A program made the position numbers and the translations under genes. Shown here in pieces: positions 1-9,137 of a stretch of DNA of 64,000 nt. Source of the DNA: Verrucomicrobiota bacterium (GTDB taxonomy: Bacteria; Verrucomicrobiota; Verrucomicrobiia; Limisphaerales; AAA164-E04); assembly GCA_047947115.1 (NCBI GenBank), contig CP170459.1, forward strand, positions 1,472,001-1,536,000, in the 5' to 3' direction. Below the pieces are notes generated by a model. The model saw only the letters and a program-made list of their open reading frames with translations, did not search any database and was not told where the DNA came from. Numbering within the stretch: position 1 is the stretch's first letter; every line of letters starts with the position of its first letter.

Positions 1-1017
1 CGCGAATTCGGCGGAGCGGGGTTGGGACTTGCTATTTCAAAACGGTTGATGCTTGCCATGGGGGGGGACGTCACCTGTGAAAGTGAACATGGGGAGGGCA
101 CGACCTTTACGATTCACTGGCCTTTGAAACGGCCTTCCGAAGGAGAGCGTGCCACTCATTTGGACGCCTTTTCACGGTTGAAAGGTATCCACATATGGGT
201 GATTCATCAGCATGATGCTTTTGGTGATTGGGTGGAGAAGTCTTTTAAAGAGGCTCAGATGCAATCCAGGAGCTTTCCTTCTGCCCAGGATGCGATCGAT
301 GCTTTTACTCATTTGGATGATCAGGATTGGCCCAGCATGATTATTCTTGATGAAGATTCGTTGGCGGGTTGTCCTATGGATCGTCCACTGGAGCTTCTCG
401 GTAAATGTATCGCCTCTGCTCAAAAAAACTGCAAACTGGTGGTTCGCAGCAGCCACCGGTTTCAATCACAAGCCAGGGTGGATGGAATCCTTCGACGTCC
501 CACCACCCCGAATCGGATGATCATTAAAATTGACCGGATACTTCAGAAAACTGCGAGTCAGTCGAATGTCCTGTCTTCCAAAACTTCATCGGCTGCGGAT
601 TTGGTTTCGACCCAAGTCCATCAGGGTGCATGTTCGGTTCTGGTGGTTGAGGATCATCCCATCAACCGAAAGTTGGCCGTTATTTTGTTGGAAAAGCTCA
701 ATTGTCGAGTTGTAACTGCGAATCATGGGGAAGAAGCTCTTGGCTGCATGGAAACACAATCATTCGACATCGTTCTCATGGATCTGCACATGCCGGTTAT
801 GGACGGTTTTGAGACAGCCCGAACGATCAGGCAGAGGTGGGGCGACGCGGATCGGCCTTTGTTGGTGGCCCTTACCGCAGCTGCTTCCCAGCAGGATCGT
901 GAGTTGGCCAAAGCAAGCGGGTTGACCGAGTTTCTGACAAAACCCATTCAATTCGAGCAGCTGGAAAAGCTGGTTGAAAGAAGCAGGCGGCCCAGGCCCC
1001 CTTCTAAGATTTCTTGA
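1..1017 (+). CDS. Hybrid sensor histidine kinase/response regulator, 5'-truncated by the window edge
   Basis: Frame open from base 1 (REFGGAGLGLAISKRL, HATPase G2 box); degenerate middle receiver; C-terminal receiver VLVVEDHPIN...VLMDLHMPVMDG...FLTKP. Confidence 0.9.
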   Translation, partial: REFGGAGLGLAISKRLMLAMGGDVTCESEHGEGTTFTIHWPLKRPSEGERATHLDAFSRLKGIHIWVIHQHDAFGDWVEKSFKEAQMQSRSFPSAQDAIDAFTHLDDQDWPSMIILDEDSLAGCPMDRPLELLGKCIASAQKNCKLVVRSSHRFQSQARVDGILRRPTTPNRMIIKIDRILQKTASQSNVLSSKTSSAADLVSTQVHQGACSVLVVEDHPINRKLAVILLEKLNCRVVTANHGEEALGCMETQSFDIVLMDLHMPVMDGFETARTIRQRWGDADRPLLVALTAAASQQDRELAKASGLTEFLTKPIQFEQLEKLVERSRRPRPPSKIS

Positions 1018-1171
1018 TCCGATGGGCATGATTGTCCATACTGGTTTCACCTTACATTGACTCTCGTCGTATGGCTGAACTCCTTGTTTCAATCGTTGTG
1101 AAGTCAGACACATGCTCGGTGCGGTTCTCAGGGGTGGGAATGGCAGGTGCCGGCGACTGCATGAAACACTA

Positions 1172-3829
1172 ATGTCCTATCTTGCTGTAGGTTTTATTTT
1201 GCTTCTTGATCTGGTCCTCGTCTGGGGATTCATGGTCTTCCACGGGCAACTGCGCGAGCGCTTTTACAAGCGTTGCGGATGGGCTTTTGTTTTTGAATGT
1301 CTGGCAACGGTTACTTTGTTTTTTGTTGAAAATGAGGCATGGCGTCCTTTGACCTTCACTTTATTGTTTGAATTCTACACGCTCAAGGGGCTGATGTTTT
1401 GGTCGGCAGTGCTCAGTCTGGACACCCCCAAATCCCATAAGTGGTGGATTCCTGCTGTTTTTGTCGGATATTGCCTCGCCGTTATTGTTCCGGCCATTCT
1501 GGATGCACCTGAGATTCTTGTTGCCCAGATTGCCATTCTCATTCCCTTGATGTTCAATCTGGCTCCTGCCTGGGCCCTGTACTGGAGTCGCTGGATATCC
1601 TGGAAGTCTTTTCAACTGCTCTTCGGATGCATTTTACTTTCGCAGTTGCTGTTCAACGCGGGATCGCAGTTCGGCGGTGTGGATCAAAAGTTGTCCATGC
1701 TGTTGTTTTACCTTGGGATGGTATCCAATGTTTTTGTGGGATTGTCCGCATTTGTAGTAGGCATGAAACGTTTGCAGGGGCGATTGGAAGTGGCCTTGAA
1801 TACGATTACATCCATTCAAAACCAGACCGAAGCCATCGTGAAAGCATCGATGGATTCCATTTTGATCACTGATTTGAATGGAGAAATTCGATTTGCAAAT
1901 CCGGCCGCCAGCATGCTGTTTGTCGAAGGCCGCGAGCATCCCCCGAATCTTTTCCGTCACCATTTTGCCCCGGAAACAAGGGATCAACCGGCCTTCACAC
2001 TCGAACGCATCCGAGATGAAATCATCGTAGGTTCCAATCAGTATGTAAGGTGGAACTGTATGTTGGACCACGATTTGCAGGGGAAGGTGCCGGTAGAGTT
2101 AACGGCTGTGCCCATTCAGAACGAAGAGGAGCATTTGCTTGCGGTCTATATTCGCGATTTGCGGGAACAAAGAAAAAATGAGGCGGAAATCATCCGTGAA
2201 CGCGATCGAGCGGAGCAATTGAACCGGCAATTGAGTTCGGCTCTTGAACAGGCCCAGGTACTCAAAGAACAGGCGGAACAGGCTAACGCCGCCAAGAACG
2301 ATTTTCTTGGTGTCATGAGTCATGAGCTGCGTACTCCATTGAGTGCCATCATTGGCATGTCCTCCATGTTGGAGGAAGAGTCCTTGTCCCCAACCCAGCG
2401 ACATAGTGTCGCCGCCATCAATGATTGTGGGCAGAGTTTGTTGTTGATTATTGGAGACATCTTGAACTACTCCAGAATCGAGGCTGTAAAAATAGAGATT
2501 ATTTGCCAGCCGTTTCAGTTTCGTGACTGCCTGGACCAGGTGGTGGACCTGATGAGGAATCAATGCAATCATCAGGGCATTCACTTGCTCCCAATATTGC
2601 ACCCCAGATTATCTCCATACTATGTGGGTGACATAGGGAAGATTCGCCAGATACTTACCAATTTTGTCAGCAATGCTGTCAAATTCACCGATGCCGGCCA
2701 TGTATCCATCGAGATAAACCCCAGGAAAGTGAATGGCCAGGAATCCGCCGGAGTGGAGATCGTCATCAAAGATACGGGGATAGGCATCACCGAGGAGCAG
2801 CAGGAAAAATTGTTTGAAGCATTTTATCAGGCAGATTACTCGGCGAGCCGGCGTTATTCGGGTACCGGGCTCGGTTTGGCCATCTGCAAGCGTCTGGTCG
2901 GGGCCATGGGAGGGGAGATTCAGGTTCAAAGCACATTGGGTGTAGGTTCTACTTTTACGGTAATGCTGCCATTGCCTTCCGCTGCACCAGAGGATGTCAC
3001 TGAGGTGGTTTCCACGTCAGACTACCTTCAGGCCTTCAGGAGCAGGATTTATTACGTCAATCCATACAAGCCTGCCAGAGAGTGGATGAAGACTTATCTG
3101 GATGCCTATGGAATGCGAGGCGGATGCTTTGAATCGCTTGATGCTATTCCTGGTGACGTCTTTCATGATCAAGATGAAGCCGTTTTGTGGGTAGTGGACC
3201 AGCAGGTCATGGGGCAGACAGAAAGCTGGCAGACCTTTCTTTCCGAATGCGAGAAGCATTATGGGAACGGGGAACTGCCATTGATTGGCACGTACGTGCA
3301 TCCTGGTAAACGGCTGTCTTCGACCACTCAAAGTCTTGCCAAACCATTCTTCTTCGAACAACTTCTACAGCAGGCAATAAAACTGGTAGCTTCCACCCGC
3401 CAGGAAACCAGACCTTCGAAGATCGCGGCATCGAGCCAGGAGCAGGAATCGCTCCTTGGATTGAACATACTTGTCGCGGAAGATCACCCTATCAACTGTA
3501 AACTGGCCCGGCTGTACCTTGCCAAATTGGGATGCGAATGTCAGGTGGTCCATGATGGGAATGAAGCGCTTGAAGCATATGAAAAACAACGCTTTGACGC
3601 CGTTTTGATGGATCTTCACATGCCAGGGATGGACGGTTTTGAAACGACCCGTCATTTAATGGATCGGCATCGCAGCGGAGAGAAGCGTCCTTATGTGATT
3701 GCATTGACCGCGGGTGCATCATCACATGAAAAGGCCAAAGCTGCAGAAGTGGGGATGAATGATTTTCTGCTGAAACCGGTCCGGATTGAACAGCTGAGAG
3801 AGGCCCTGAAGGGAGCGGTTGCCAAATGA
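1172..3829 (+). CDS. Membrane-bound hybrid histidine kinase (TM-PAS-HisKA-HATPase-REC)
   Basis: Hydrophobic N-terminus, PAS-like segment, H-box FLGVMSHELRTPL, N-box NFVSNAVKFT, GTGLGLAIC, receiver LMDLHMPGMDG; ATG at 1172 preferred over 1112. Confidence 0.9.
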   Translation: MSYLAVGFILLLDLVLVWGFMVFHGQLRERFYKRCGWAFVFECLATVTLFFVENEAWRPLTFTLLFEFYTLKGLMFWSAVLSLDTPKSHKWWIPAVFVGYCLAVIVPAILDAPEILVAQIAILIPLMFNLAPAWALYWSRWISWKSFQLLFGCILLSQLLFNAGSQFGGVDQKLSMLLFYLGMVSNVFVGLSAFVVGMKRLQGRLEVALNTITSIQNQTEAIVKASMDSILITDLNGEIRFANPAASMLFVEGREHPPNLFRHHFAPETRDQPAFTLERIRDEIIVGSNQYVRWNCMLDHDLQGKVPVELTAVPIQNEEEHLLAVYIRDLREQRKNEAEIIRERDRAEQLNRQLSSALEQAQVLKEQAEQANAAKNDFLGVMSHELRTPLSAIIGMSSMLEEESLSPTQRHSVAAINDCGQSLLLIIGDILNYSRIEAVKIEIICQPFQFRDCLDQVVDLMRNQCNHQGIHLLPILHPRLSPYYVGDIGKIRQILTNFVSNAVKFTDAGHVSIEINPRKVNGQESAGVEIVIKDTGIGITEEQQEKLFEAFYQADYSASRRYSGTGLGLAICKRLVGAMGGEIQVQSTLGVGSTFTVMLPLPSAAPEDVTEVVSTSDYLQAFRSRIYYVNPYKPAREWMKTYLDAYGMRGGCFESLDAIPGDVFHDQDEAVLWVVDQQVMGQTESWQTFLSECEKHYGNGELPLIGTYVHPGKRLSSTTQSLAKPFFFEQLLQQAIKLVASTRQETRPSKIAASSQEQESLLGLNILVAEDHPINCKLARLYLAKLGCECQVVHDGNEALEAYEKQRFDAVLMDLHMPGMDGFETTRHLMDRHRSGEKRPYVIALTAGASSHEKAKAAEVGMNDFLLKPVRIEQLREALKGAVAK

Positions 3830-3939
3830 CGCTGCGTGCATGTGTTCTCCATTGTTTCTGTGCCATTTGTGTCAACAATCCAGAGAGCCTTCTCAAGCAA
3901 ATAAGTTGGACCAACAATCTGTATTTCATCCTTAACGGT

Positions 3940-3968
3940 TTGACTTGGTTTCTACCAGGGCTTAGAGT
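3940..3968 (+). promoter_or_regulatory. Putative sigma70-type promoter for the prenyl synthase-ECF sigma cluster
   Basis: TTGACT-N17-TAGAGT ending 9 nt before the ATG at 3978. Confidence 0.4.
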
Positions 3969-3977
3969 GATACCATA

Positions 3978-5027
3978 ATGATAGTGTTAGGAGTCAATCC
4001 GGTTGCCGCTGAAAAAGATGCGACCATTTTGAAAGCCTCGGGAGCCGATTGGTATTCATTCCTGAGGCCCATGGAACCCTTTTTGCTTGCCGTCAGCGAC
4101 CAGCTTCGCGAACAGGTAGCGGCATTTGAACCCGAGATTGCTTCCTATGCCGAATACGCGCTTTCCAACCAAGGCAAACAATTACGGCCTTCTTTGGTTG
4201 GATGTGCCGGAAATGCTGCGGGGGGGGTTGATGCATCATTGGTCAAGGCGGCGGTCATAGTGGAGATGGTGCATTTGGCAACTCTCGTCCACGACGATAT
4301 CATGGATGAAGCATCGGTTCGCAGACGTCGTCCCACTTTGTGCGCCCGCTCCGGAAATGAGGTTTCAGTTCTGTTGGGGGATTGTCTCTTTGCTCGTGCA
4401 CTGGAACTGGCTTCAGATTTTCCAACAACCCAGGTCTGTCGTTTGGTGGCTCGTGCGACCCGCAATGTTTGCACCGGGGAAATCATACAGACCCTGAGAT
4501 TTAGGAAAAACTTGCTGGATCGCGAACAGTATCTGCACACCTTGAAACTCAAAACCGCGGAACTTTTCGCCCTGAGTTGTGAGCTGGGGGGGCTGATTTC
4601 AGGGCTCAACGAGGAAGGTTTGGACGGGCTCAGGGAGTATGGATTTTCCTTGGGGATAGCGTATCAGATTTATGATGATTGCTTGGATATTTTCGGGGAT
4701 GAATCCCAGGTAGGAAAGTCTCTTGGAACCGATCTTGCCACCGGCAAATTGACACTTCCGGTTCTTCAATTGCTCGAAAAAGCGCCTGCTGCTGAAAAAA
4801 ATGAAATTAAATCTAAACTTTTTCAGTGGAATGGTGGTCAAATGCCATGGTTGATGGAATTGCTGAAACAGTTCCAGACCTTGGAAGACAGTAATGAAGT
4901 GATGCAAGATTATGTAAGGCAGGCAAATGCATCTTTGAGTGTAGTGGAAGGGGACGGTCGCTCCCAAGCTTTGAAGCAGTTGTTGGCCTACCTTTCGCAC
5001 CAGATTGCCAAATTGAGTTACAAGTAA
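3978..5027 (+). CDS. Polyprenyl diphosphate synthase (IspB/HepT-like)
   Basis: GKQLRP, first Asp-rich motif LVHDDIMD...RRR, KTAELF, second motif YQIYDDCLD, GKSLGTDL. Confidence 0.93.
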   Translation: MIVLGVNPVAAEKDATILKASGADWYSFLRPMEPFLLAVSDQLREQVAAFEPEIASYAEYALSNQGKQLRPSLVGCAGNAAGGVDASLVKAAVIVEMVHLATLVHDDIMDEASVRRRRPTLCARSGNEVSVLLGDCLFARALELASDFPTTQVCRLVARATRNVCTGEIIQTLRFRKNLLDREQYLHTLKLKTAELFALSCELGGLISGLNEEGLDGLREYGFSLGIAYQIYDDCLDIFGDESQVGKSLGTDLATGKLTLPVLQLLEKAPAAEKNEIKSKLFQWNGGQMPWLMELLKQFQTLEDSNEVMQDYVRQANASLSVVEGDGRSQALKQLLAYLSHQIAKLSYK

Positions 5028-5114
5028 AAGGGTTGCTTTCTGAAAACTTTAACCAAACAACACTGCGCGGAGAAGCCAACGGTCCGCGATCAGCAGCCTG
5101 CTGTTCCCGATTCT

Positions 5115-5693
5115 TTGTCGGAGTTGGAAGACGCTGTACTGGTGCGCTCTTCTCAGGAAGGGGATTTGCGTGCATTCGACGAACTGGTACGCCGCTACCA
5201 GCAGCGAGTTTATGCCACCGTCTATCACATGACCTCCAATCATGAGGATGCCGACGATCTGACCCAGGAAAGTTTCATCAAGGCATTCAAAGCCCTGAAG
5301 CGGTTCAAAGGCGACTCCTCATTCTACACCTGGGTATATCGTATTGCGGTGAACCGGACGATCAATTTTCTAAAGCAAAGGAATCGTCGCTCCTTTCACA
5401 TGAGTTTGAATGATATGGATATGCAGGTGGAAAAAGATGCCGACCTCCTCATGTTCATTTCCGACAAAACGCCCCGGCGGGACATTCGCCTCAATGAACT
5501 GCAGGAAAAGCTGAACGAAGCGCTGATGAAGCTGTCTGAGACTCATAGATTGACGGTGACATTGCACGACATTCAGGGGATGTCCCACGAAGAAATCGGC
5601 AAAATAATGGACTGCAACACCGGAACAGTCCGTTCTCGTCTTTTTTATGCCAGACAGCAACTGCAAGCTTATCTGTCTGAATATTTGAATTAA
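5115..5693 (+). CDS. ECF RNA polymerase sigma factor (RpoE-like); start uncertain, possibly 5040
   Basis: Region 2 DADDLTQESFIKAF...FYTWVYRIAVN; region 4 SHEEIGKIMDCNTGTVRSRLFYAR. Confidence 0.92.
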   Translation: MSELEDAVLVRSSQEGDLRAFDELVRRYQQRVYATVYHMTSNHEDADDLTQESFIKAFKALKRFKGDSSFYTWVYRIAVNRTINFLKQRNRRSFHMSLNDMDMQVEKDADLLMFISDKTPRRDIRLNELQEKLNEALMKLSETHRLTVTLHDIQGMSHEEIGKIMDCNTGTVRSRLFYARQQLQAYLSEYLN

Positions 5694-5705
5694 AAATCCC
5701 AAACC

Positions 5706-6215
5706 ATGAATGATTCTCAGCAACCAGCATCTTCAAGAATCGAAAAACTGATTGCCCTCAAACGATACGAATGCCCGCCTCCGGGGCATGCCGAGCTTCT
5801 GACCTCAAAAATCATTTCACGGCTCGAGGCCGAACAAATGCGAGCTCGCGAACCCTGGTATCGGCGGTGGATGCATGCTTTGGATTTGAACCCTATTCTG
5901 ACCACCGCTTATGGTGGAGTGGTGATGGCTCTCATGTGGTTGGGGTGGCACTATGGCGAACATTTTGAAGCAGAGGCTCCAGCGAAAGTCTTTGGCAATG
6001 CTGGCCTGCAGATGGGTTCTTTAGGACTCATGGGAAGCATGTCCTCCGATGAGGACGCTTCATCCCTCGGGATTACCCTGGAACAAGCATTCCAGTCCGT
6101 TCAGACTTCTTCCAGCGTGCAGCCTCGTGTGCATATTCCAGGAAGCCCGGTCCCCTGGTTGAGGGAATCCATGGCGGCGCGCACTTTAAGCCATGCCGAT
6201 TTCCAGCCTTACTGA
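5706..6215 (+). CDS. Hypothetical single-TM protein, probable anti-sigma factor
   Basis: 12 nt downstream of the ECF sigma gene; one central hydrophobic helix; role inferred from position. Confidence 0.6.
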   Translation: MNDSQQPASSRIEKLIALKRYECPPPGHAELLTSKIISRLEAEQMRAREPWYRRWMHALDLNPILTTAYGGVVMALMWLGWHYGEHFEAEAPAKVFGNAGLQMGSLGLMGSMSSDEDASSLGITLEQAFQSVQTSSSVQPRVHIPGSPVPWLRESMAARTLSHADFQPY

Positions 6216-6240
6216 GACTCTGTTGGTGACGTCGAAGAGA

Positions 6241-6963
6241 TCAGGCCTTCAGCCATTGCGTTACTTTATCGACCATAAGCCGGGTGGGCTCTCCTTCAAA
6301 AATATGGTCCGCACCTTCTATCCGGAACAATTCGGCTGATGGTTGGTTGGATTGAACGTCCAAGGAATCTTGCAGTGGAACCACATCATCTTCCGTGCCG
6401 TGAACCAGGAGCCATGGGACGTGAATGGAAGAGGCCAAATGCTGAACTGAAGAAATAGTCGCCATGTCATTCATATAGGCAGACGAAAGGGGGCATTCCG
6501 GTTTCTCCCACATGAGTCCCGCGCCGGGAGTTTCCCCTCCAAACTCACGCTCTGCAAACGCCTTGGTGTGCACCATCCCGGCGAGGGAAATCAGTTTTTG
6601 AATGCGGTTGTCCATGGAAGCTCTCAATACCCCGACGGCCGCCCCCATGCTGTGTCCCGCATATGCAATTTCACAATTGTTCAATGCATCCAGAACACAG
6701 GACAGGTCTTCCACTTCCTTGGAGATACAGGATTCCTCAAACCGTCCCTCCGAATTGCCGTTACCTGAAAATGAAAACCGTAGTGCGTGGATGCCATGGG
6801 CCGATAAATTCTCAGCCAGCGCTACAATGAGCGGGCGATCCTTGTTGCCTGTGACTCCGTGCCCAATGATCACCACCTGCCGGTTGGTATCCGAACCAGG
6901 GTGAAGTGTGTGATCAAGAAGCTCGCCCGCCATGTTCCTGATTTCTCCCAAATCCATATTCAT
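6241..6963 (-). CDS. Alpha/beta hydrolase
   Basis: GHGVTG, nucleophile GHSMG, VHGTEDDVVP, GADH; start set at 6963 because the longer ORF runs through a terminator. Confidence 0.88.
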   Translation of the reverse strand: MNMDLGEIRNMAGELLDHTLHPGSDTNRQVVIIGHGVTGNKDRPLIVALAENLSAHGIHALRFSFSGNGNSEGRFEESCISKEVEDLSCVLDALNNCEIAYAGHSMGAAVGVLRASMDNRIQKLISLAGMVHTKAFAEREFGGETPGAGLMWEKPECPLSSAYMNDMATISSVQHLASSIHVPWLLVHGTEDDVVPLQDSLDVQSNQPSAELFRIEGADHIFEGEPTRLMVDKVTQWLKA

Positions 6964-6974
6964 GGGGCGATGGT

Positions 6975-7007
6975 AAAAGAAAAAGGACGCCTTGTGAAGA
7001 CGTCCTT
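6975..7007 (-). terminator. Rho-independent terminator after the DUF4399-like gene
   Basis: Minus-strand stem AAGGACGTCTT-CAC-AAGGCGTCCTT followed by TTTCTTTT. Confidence 0.75.
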
Positions 7008-7036
7008 CCATGATTCTTTCAAATAGAGGCTGAGTG

Positions 7037-7468
7037 TTACTCAGTTACATAAATGGTGATTTTCTTGGAAACCACCGGTTTGTCATGTGGGATATGTAGA
7101 TAATCACCCAGGACCAGTTGCAGTGTATGTGTGCCGGGTTTAAGCGTCAGGACGGTTTCTGTTTGCCCTTTGCCAAAGTGAACGATTTTGTCGGTTGCAG
7201 GCAATGGAATGTCAAAGTTAACCTTCTCTTCCACATCGATCAGCATGTGATGATGGCCCGTGTTTTCCAGTTTGACCCCTGCCGGAGCGATTCCCATACC
7301 GGAAAGACCAAATTGAACTTTGACCGTGGTGCCGACCACTTCACCGTCAGCCGGACTGATGATGTAAGAACGAGCACCCTCGGGGGCTTTGGATTTCGGG
7401 AGAGCACCTTGACCCAAGCCGGTCAGGGTGACAAGTGACAGTACTAATGCGAATACAATTTTTTTCAT
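7037..7468 (-). CDS. Secreted DUF4399-like protein
   Basis: Signal peptide; GIAPAG...TGHHHMLID...HFGKGQTE...PGTHTLQL...HIPH pattern. Confidence 0.8.
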   Translation of the reverse strand: MKKIVFALVLSLVTLTGLGQGALPKSKAPEGARSYIISPADGEVVGTTVKVQFGLSGMGIAPAGVKLENTGHHHMLIDVEEKVNFDIPLPATDKIVHFGKGQTETVLTLKPGTHTLQLVLGDYLHIPHDKPVVSKKITIYVTE

Positions 7469-7623
7469 GGTTGTTCGATGAATCCTCTGTTTGTTAACGT
7501 TGTCCTGAATAGTAGATCCTTTGTGAAGCCTTCACGCCAGGTTTGAGCCGAACAGGCTTCAGGAACATCGGGCATAACCTGACGCACCTCCATGGGATCA
7601 GCAAGTTAATTTTCCCGAACAGC

Positions 7624-8163
7624 ATGTCAGAAAAAAACATCATATACTTTGATCTGGAAACGCAAAAGTCCGCTGCCGAGGTCGGTGGGTGGGACAAAAT
7701 ACGCGACATGCGCATGAGCGTGGGCGTGACTTACAGCACCACACGCGGAACTTATGAAATCTATGAGGAAAGCCGTGTCAACGAGTTGATCGATGAAATC
7801 ATGAAGGCTGATTTGGTGATCGGATTCAATCATTTGCGATTTGATTACGAGGTTTTACATGGTTATACCATTCTGGATTTATCCCAGGCACCCAGCCTGG
7901 ATTTGATGATCGATCTTCAGAAGGTGCTCAACCATCGCATCTCACTGGACGCCGTGGCAACCGCCACACTCGGCAGTGAAAAAACCGCCGAAGGTTTACA
8001 GGCCATCGAATGGTTCAAACAAAAAGAATTCCTCAAAATCGCCGAATACTGCTGCTTCGATGTCAAGATCACCAAGCTGGTTCACGAATATGGCCGCGCG
8101 CACAAACAGGTCTTTTACCACAACAAATTCGGCACCAAAATGTCTGCATCGGTAGATTGGTGA
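7624..8163 (+). CDS. RNase H-like / 3'-5' exonuclease-fold protein (YprB/RNase_H_2-like)
   Basis: YFDLETQ, IGFNHLRFDY, YCCFDVKIT acidic motifs. Confidence 0.78.
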   Translation: MSEKNIIYFDLETQKSAAEVGGWDKIRDMRMSVGVTYSTTRGTYEIYEESRVNELIDEIMKADLVIGFNHLRFDYEVLHGYTILDLSQAPSLDLMIDLQKVLNHRISLDAVATATLGSEKTAEGLQAIEWFKQKEFLKIAEYCCFDVKITKLVHEYGRAHKQVFYHNKFGTKMSASVDW

Positions 8164-8199
8164 AGTGAGGTTTCCAAGGATTCATCTTATGACAAAACC

Positions 8200-9087
8200 A
8201 TGTTGACACTCGAACATTTAGCTGAGCTTGTTCATCGGCATCGCGATGCCCTGGATGCTGAGGTGACGGAGTTCCAGCTCGGAAAAAATCTTCCCCACTT
8301 TCCACGTACACCAGCCATCATGGGAGTGGTCAATCTATCCGCCGATTCATGGTATCGGGAGAGTGTCTGCTTAAATACTGATCAAGCCGTTCGGCGCACC
8401 CGATCCCTGATGGCTCAAGGTGCCGACCTCATCGATATCGGAGCGGAATCCACTCTCGCGCACGCCACGGTTGTTTCACCCAAGGATCAATGGCGCCAGT
8501 TGGAACCCATCGTTGAAACCGTGCATGCCGACGACGGAGTGGTGTCTCTTGAGACCTACGATGTGGAACTTGCGGAGTGGGCATTGAAGTCCGGTGTGGG
8601 TTTGATCAATTTTACAGGGCATGCACATGCCGAGCGTGTCTATGAGTTGTGTGCGGAATATCAGGCCGCCATTATCATCTGCCACGTCCAGGGTAACGAT
8701 GTTCGGAATGTTCGAGATCTCCAGTTCGATGGAGATCCGATCGATGCCATGAACAAATGGTTTGAAACCGAAATTCAACGAGCACATTCCATCGGGGTTC
8801 GCAAGATCCTGATTGATCCCGGTTTGGGATTTTATTACGCCAATCTTAAAGACGGCGCCGCTCGCGTGAGGTATCAAATGGAAATGTTCCTGAATACTTT
8901 CCGCCTCCGGAAATTGGGTTGGCCCGTTTGCCACGCATTGCCTCACGCTTTCGAATACTTCGGAGAAGAAGTCCGAACCGCCGAATCTTTCTTTGCCGTC
9001 CTGGCCTTGTTGGGCAAAACAGACCTGATCCGGACCCACGAAGTAGCCAAAGTGAAAGCTGTGTTGGATGTGATAAAAGTCTTTTGA
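8200..9087 (+). CDS. Dihydropteroate synthase-like pterin-binding protein (divergent)
   Basis: MGVVNLSADS, IDIGAEST, IDPGLGF, IRTHEV; canonical SRK motif absent. Confidence 0.8.
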   Translation: MLTLEHLAELVHRHRDALDAEVTEFQLGKNLPHFPRTPAIMGVVNLSADSWYRESVCLNTDQAVRRTRSLMAQGADLIDIGAESTLAHATVVSPKDQWRQLEPIVETVHADDGVVSLETYDVELAEWALKSGVGLINFTGHAHAERVYELCAEYQAAIIICHVQGNDVRNVRDLQFDGDPIDAMNKWFETEIQRAHSIGVRKILIDPGLGFYYANLKDGAARVRYQMEMFLNTFRLRKLGWPVCHALPHAFEYFGEEVRTAESFFAVLALLGKTDLIRTHEVAKVKAVLDVIKVF

Positions 9088-9137
9088 ACTTGCTTCCGCT
9101 TTTGATGATGTTGGATGCAAAAAAATCTTAGATCGAA

